Program-made: the position numbers and the translations under genes
Part shown: positions 26,120 through 30,363 of the stretch, in pieces
How positions within the stretch are numbered: the first letter of the stretch is position 1
Layout: each line of letters begins with the position of its first letter
Origin: a virus
Lineage: Duplodnaviria > Caudoviricetes
Virus record (IMG/VR): IMGVR_UViG_3300017784_006466
Location: 1 to 30,363 of that record
Reading direction: 5' to 3' (one strand)
Length of the DNA stretch: 30,363 nt
The notes under the pieces: generated by a model
Told to the model about the DNA's origin: nothing
Seen by the model: the letters and a program-made list of their open reading frames with translations, nothing else
The model's database searches: none

Positions 26120-26922
26120 TGATCTCAATAATACTAGGGGTAAAGGATAGAACAGAAAGACTAGCAGAATGTCTAGTCTCTTGGAATAGAGGTTATTGTA
26201 GCCTTATTAAAGAAATTATAATTGTTGATTGGAGTTCTGAAATTCCAATCATAGATAACGAAAAAATTATCAAAGAAATACAAAAATCAAATGAAAAAAA
26301 TAGAGTTTTTATAAAAATCGCAAGGGTTGAAAATCAAAAATCTTATAATAGGTGTCAAGCATTAAATTTAGCAAGGTTATTAACAAATTCTAAAAATCAA
26401 TTATTGTTAAAAATAGACGCAGATTATATTAGCATTAATACTAATTGGTTGCGATCTATGCCCACAATAGATAATAAATTGATAAATTATTTTGTTGTTG
26501 CTTCTCCATTATTCTGTGATTCTAATTATACTGGATTTTTATTTGTAAATAAAAAGCATTTTGATATGGTCAATGGATATAATGAAAATCTTGATTCTCA
26601 TTGGGGATATGAAGATAAGGATTTAGAAAATAGATTATCAAACATAGAGGTTGAAAATTTAAATCAATTTCAAGAGAAATCTAAATTAGAAAAAGTAATT
26701 TTTTATGATATTAAAAACCATATATATCATATACCCCACGATGATAATTTAAGATTACAAAATATAGATACAAAAATTTTAAAAGATATTCAAGACGAAG
26801 ATATATTAAGAAAACTTGCTCAAAAACAAAAAGAAATAGCAGAAACTCAAACTTCTTGGCGAAAGAAAAACTACGAAATACTAGAATACTCTAAAAATTA
26901 TGCTAGATTTATTGTGAAATAA
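26119..26922 (+). CDS. GT2/GT7C-like glycosyltransferase
   Basis: EIIIVDWSS, ALN, KIDAD, NGYNE...WGYEDKDL..RL. Confidence 0.8.
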   Translation: MISIILGVKDRTERLAECLVSWNRGYCSLIKEIIIVDWSSEIPIIDNEKIIKEIQKSNEKNRVFIKIARVENQKSYNRCQALNLARLLTNSKNQLLLKIDADYISINTNWLRSMPTIDNKLINYFVVASPLFCDSNYTGFLFVNKKHFDMVNGYNENLDSHWGYEDKDLENRLSNIEVENLNQFQEKSKLEKVIFYDIKNHIYHIPHDDNLRLQNIDTKILKDIQDEDILRKLAQKQKEIAETQTSWRKKNYEILEYSKNYARFIVK

Positions 26923-26924
26923 TA

Positions 26925-26952
26925 TTGACAAAAATTAAATAAAGAGTAATAT
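26925..26952 (+). promoter_or_regulatory. Sigma70-type promoter TTGACA-N16-TAATAT, 6 nt before ATG 26959
   Basis: Perfect -35, plausible -10. Confidence 0.6.
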
Positions 26953-26958
26953 AAGTAT

Positions 26959-27606
26959 ATGGGTATGTTTAATTATATAAAAGTAGAACAAGATTTACCT
27001 CTTAATGAGGAGTTAAAAGCTCTTAATCTTGATTTCAAGAAGGAAGAATTTCAAACAAAAGAGTTAGAGGATAATATAATGGCTACTTATATTATCCGTG
27101 ATTATAGATTATTTGAATTAAAAGAGAATGGTCATTGGGAAGATAATCCAGACTATGTAAAAGATGGCACTAGATTTGGTGAATTTTTTAATAAGAACAA
27201 ATGGGTGAAAGATAACAAAGAAGAAGTATTTAGAGATGATTATACTGGAACATTTACTTTTGGAACTTATGTTCTTGGTCAAGATAAAGAAAGCTATGAT
27301 TGGTTTCCAGATTGGAAATGTGTTGTAGTCCAAGGTTTATTAACAGAAATATCTCTTGTTAAACCAGTTGATCGTAATTCATCTAAAGCTAGACTAGAAT
27401 TAGATGAACAATTTAAAAAACAATTAGACGATCACAAAACAAAAATGAAGTGTCCAGTTTATAGTTTTTATTTTAAATATTATGTTAGAACTTTTGAAAA
27501 AATTGAATGGAAGCTCTATAATATAATTAATCGTATCATAAGTTTCTTAAATTGGCTACAATGGAAAGGCATTAGAAAAATAATAAAGGTTTTAACACCA
27601 AGATGA
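26959..27606 (+). CDS. Phage hypothetical protein (MGMF...FQTK type)
   Basis: MGMFNYI...EFQTKEL. Confidence 0.7.
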   Translation: MGMFNYIKVEQDLPLNEELKALNLDFKKEEFQTKELEDNIMATYIIRDYRLFELKENGHWEDNPDYVKDGTRFGEFFNKNKWVKDNKEEVFRDDYTGTFTFGTYVLGQDKESYDWFPDWKCVVVQGLLTEISLVKPVDRNSSKARLELDEQFKKQLDDHKTKMKCPVYSFYFKYYVRTFEKIEWKLYNIINRIISFLNWLQWKGIRKIIKVLTPR

Positions 27607-27791
27607 AAAACCCTCACATTCTTCAAGTCAAACAGCAAGATGGATACCAATATATTGAATTACCAGATTCTTTAATGAAAAAAATGGGATGGAAAGTCGG
27701 TGATACTATTGATTGGCACGATAACAAAGACGGAACTTTTTCTTTACTTAAAGTTGCAAGTCCTTCTAAATCAAAAAAAAACAAAATTTGA
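27603..27791 (+). CDS. AbrB/MazE/SpoVT-like DNA-binding protein
   Basis: IELPDSLMKKMGWKVGDTIDW. Confidence 0.75.
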   Translation: MKNPHILQVKQQDGYQYIELPDSLMKKMGWKVGDTIDWHDNKDGTFSLLKVASPSKSKKNKI

Positions 27792-27816
27792 CCATTTGGT
27801 TAGTCCAGTATATACT
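27788..27816 (+). promoter_or_regulatory. Sigma70-type promoter TTGACC-N17-TATACT, 6 nt before ATG 27823
   Basis: Consensus match and spacing; supports the ligase start. Confidence 0.75.
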
Positions 27817-27822
27817 GAGACT

Positions 27823-28935
27823 ATGAAGTTAGATACAATTTATAAAAAGACAAAGACTGGCAAAGTCCAAGAGTGGACTATTGAAGTCAAAGGTAGTCAA
27901 TATCGCACCATCTCTGGTCAAACAGATGGCGAAAAGATCACGAATAATTGGAGTGATTGCGAAATTAAAAATGCTGGCAAAGCAAACGCCACAACTCCAG
28001 AAGAACAATGCTTGAAAGAAGCAGAAGCTAAACGAAAGAAGAAGTTAGAATCTGGTTACTTTGAATCTATCAAAGATATTAATAAGGTTCAATACTTTGA
28101 GCCAATGCTTGCACAAAAGTATGAAGATCACGAAATTAATTATCCAGTTTATAGTCAACCCAAACTTGATGGTATTCGTTGCATCGTAACCAAAGAAGGA
28201 ATGTTCACTAGAAACGGCAAGAAGGTTATTTCTGCACCACATATTCGCAGTAATCTTGATTTATTCTTTAAAGATTATCCTAATGCTATTCTTGATGGCG
28301 AATTATATTGTGATAAGTTTGCGAATGATTTTAATAAGATTTGTAGCTTGGTTAAAAGAACAAAACCAGACGATAAAGAATTAGAAGAAAGTGCAGATAG
28401 TATTCAGTATTGGGTTTATGATGCTCCTAGAATTGGTTTATTAAATGAGAAAGATTTATTCTATGAGAGATATGAATTAGTTTCTAATGCTCTTATTAAA
28501 AGAAAATATACTAGCATTGTTGTTGTGACTACTTTAAAAGTAAGCAAAGAAGAAGAATTAACTCAAGCCTATGAAATGTATATGGAACAAGGCTACGAAG
28601 GTCAAATGGTTAGACTCAATAGACCTTATGAAAATAAGCGTAGCAAGTTTCTTCTCAAGAGAAAAGAGTTTATGGATGCTGAATTTATTATCAATGGAGT
28701 CAAAGAAGGCGAAGGCAATCGTAAAGGAACTGCTGGATATATGGAATTTACAAACGCCAAAGGTAAATATTTTAAAAGTAATATCAAAGGTGATTTTGGA
28801 TACCTCAAAGAACTATATAAACAAAGAAATGAATTAGTGGGCAAGAAAGCTACAATAAAGTTTTTTAATTATACTCCAGATGAAGTACCAAGATTCCCCT
28901 ATGTGATTGGTATTGACAGAGATAGCTACGAATAA
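27823..28935 (+). CDS. ATP-dependent DNA ligase
   Basis: PMLA, QPKLDGIRC (motif I), LDGELY, YEGQMVR, LLKRK, RFP; probable start MKLDTIYKK at 27823. Confidence 0.93.
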   Translation: MKLDTIYKKTKTGKVQEWTIEVKGSQYRTISGQTDGEKITNNWSDCEIKNAGKANATTPEEQCLKEAEAKRKKKLESGYFESIKDINKVQYFEPMLAQKYEDHEINYPVYSQPKLDGIRCIVTKEGMFTRNGKKVISAPHIRSNLDLFFKDYPNAILDGELYCDKFANDFNKICSLVKRTKPDDKELEESADSIQYWVYDAPRIGLLNEKDLFYERYELVSNALIKRKYTSIVVVTTLKVSKEEELTQAYEMYMEQGYEGQMVRLNRPYENKRSKFLLKRKEFMDAEFIINGVKEGEGNRKGTAGYMEFTNAKGKYFKSNIKGDFGYLKELYKQRNELVGKKATIKFFNYTPDEVPRFPYVIGIDRDSYE

Positions 28936-28943
28936 AATATTAT

Positions 28944-28972
28944 TTGACATTATTTTAAATTTAATTTAAATT
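28944..28972 (+). promoter_or_regulatory. Sigma70-type promoter TTGACA-N17-TAAATT, 6 nt before ATG 28979
   Basis: Perfect -35 with 17-nt spacing. Confidence 0.7.
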
Positions 28973-28978
28973 CAATAT

Positions 28979-30363
28979 ATGAAATTAATCGAAAAACCAA
29001 TCAATGTAGTCGAGTCCGATAGTTTTGAGTCCGTAAGTTTCGGAATCAAACAATCTGGACTTCCTTATATCTTTAACATCCTTCGCAATCAGTTGTATTC
29101 CAACAAACCTCTCGCAGTTTTGCGTGAGATTACTTGTAATGCACAAGACGCTAACATCGAAGCAAAGAGCAAGCGTCCGATTGAAATTAAACTTCCTACA
29201 AAGCTAGACCCTACCTTAACTATCAGAGATTTTGGTAATGGTCTTTCTGCTGATGATATTAAGAATCTTTATTGTTATTATGGCGAATCTACCAAACGCA
29301 ATAGTAATTCTGCTATTGGATATTATGGCATTGGAAAATTCGCACCATTCAGTTATGGTGATAACTTTGTTTTGATTTCCTACAATGATAGTAAGAAAAC
29401 TACTTATAATGCTTTTATTGATGAGACTAAAATTGGTAAGATCGTTAAGCTCAAGGAAGAAAAATCCTCCGAGCCTACTGGCGTATTAATTTCTGTTCCA
29501 ATCAAAGAAGAAGATACTGAAACCTTCTTGTCTACTGCTCAAGAATTGTTTAAGTATTTTAAAAACAAACCAATTATCAAAGGTGCAAGAAAAGAAGATT
29601 TATCAGAAATCTATGATCGCACACCAGTATTTAAAGGTAATGGTTGGGCTTATTATAATAACTCTAGCTATGGTAAAGAATCTGTTGCTATTATGGGAGT
29701 TGGTTATCCTATCGAAACTAGCGATGTGCAATTCAAAGAAGATTCCGATGAGCAAAGTATTTGCTCTCAAGGATTTGAAGTTGAGTTTGAACTTGGCGAA
29801 CTAGATATTACCGCAAGCCGTGAGAATCTAGAATATACTGAAAAGACTAGAAAAGCTATTAGAGAAAAGTTTCGCAAGATTAAGAAGGAGATGGCAGAGT
29901 GCATCTCTCAACAATTCAAAGATTCTACAAACATCTATGATGCTAAAGCTCTTTATAATGAAGTCTTTGGAACTTATGGTAGTTTGGGTTACATTGTTCG
30001 TAATGCTTTGAGCAACAAGGTTACTTGGAATAGCAAAACTATTACTGATAATCATATTGATTTCAATGACAAGATTGGTAAGATGATTGAGAATGGCAAA
30101 TTGACTTCAAAGTTTTATCAGAAGTCTCGCAGAAGCACAAAATTAAATTCAGAGAATGAAGCAAAAAGGATTCTTTGTGAAAAGACGCACAAGGTTTTAG
30201 TGAATGATACTGGTTCAGCTATGGGAATTACTCATCGTCTTGCTACTCTTTGGAATGAACTAGGAGACAAGATTGATGGTGCTTATGTATTTACATTCGC
30301 AGATCAAGCAACGAAAGATTCATTTAACAAGGAACTTGGTATTGTTAATGAGAATTATTTGAA
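28979..30363 (+). CDS. rIIA: rIIA-like protein with N-terminal GHKL ATPase domain, truncated by window end, not in ORF track
   Basis: Manual translation: MKLIEKP...LYSNKPLAVLREITCNAQDA...IRDFGNGLS...YGESTK...IGYYGIGKFAPFSY...EPTGV. Confidence 0.85.
   Translation, partial: MKLIEKPINVVESDSFESVSFGIKQSGLPYIFNILRNQLYSNKPLAVLREITCNAQDANIEAKSKRPIEIKLPTKLDPTLTIRDFGNGLSADDIKNLYCYYGESTKRNSNSAIGYYGIGKFAPFSYGDNFVLISYNDSKKTTYNAFIDETKIGKIVKLKEEKSSEPTGVLISVPIKEEDTETFLSTAQELFKYFKNKPIIKGARKEDLSEIYDRTPVFKGNGWAYYNNSSYGKESVAIMGVGYPIETSDVQFKEDSDEQSICSQGFEVEFELGELDITASRENLEYTEKTRKAIREKFRKIKKEMAECISQQFKDSTNIYDAKALYNEVFGTYGSLGYIVRNALSNKVTWNSKTITDNHIDFNDKIGKMIENGKLTSKFYQKSRRSTKLNSENEAKRILCEKTHKVLVNDTGSAMGITHRLATLWNELGDKIDGAYVFTFADQATKDSFNKELGIVNENYL

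Noticed and set aside
27700-27822. N-terminal extension of the ligase, or a frameshift fusion with the AbrB-like ORF
   Set aside because: It overlaps the AbrB-like gene in another frame, and a promoter at 27788-27816 points to ATG 27823
794-30055. Other nested or antisense ORFs (794, 9244, 11326, 17368, 19523, 23454, 24792, 25338, 27118, 28045, 28571, 28626, 29583, 29828)
   Set aside because: They overlap well-supported genes and show no motifs or promoter signals
1-30363. Eukaryotic giant virus (NCLDV) or cellular origin
   Set aside because: Sigma70 promoters, a sigma factor, rIIA, AbrB-like and dNMP kinase genes and overlapping operons fit a bacteriophage; host identity cannot be determined from this window

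Overview
The window looks like a segment of a large, very AT-rich dsDNA bacteriophage genome, probably T4-like or a large myovirus. Support: class Ia nrdAB, a phage sigma factor, dNMP kinase, dCMP deaminase, UvsE, ATP-dependent ligase, an rIIA-like GHKL protein running off the right end, sigma70-type promoters and one tRNA. It reads in the standard genetic code. The left part (to ~12.3 kb) is nucleotide metabolism, including a GMP reductase/IMPDH-like gene and a short PurA. The middle (12.8-22.5 kb) is an accessory island: a 40-Cys modular protein with Ser/Asp/Pro linkers, followed by about six glycosyltransferase-like genes, two tandem sulfotransferases and a SET-like protein. The right part has a tRNA-Ser with a rare ACT (A34) anticodon, a host-like gene bracketed by a 27-bp repeat family, and repair genes. 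Two promoter classes sit directly against start codons (TTGAC-N17-TAnnnT-N6/7-ATG and GTGTAA-N8-ATG), which suggests leaderless mRNAs. All family assignments come from motifs recognised by eye; no searches were run.
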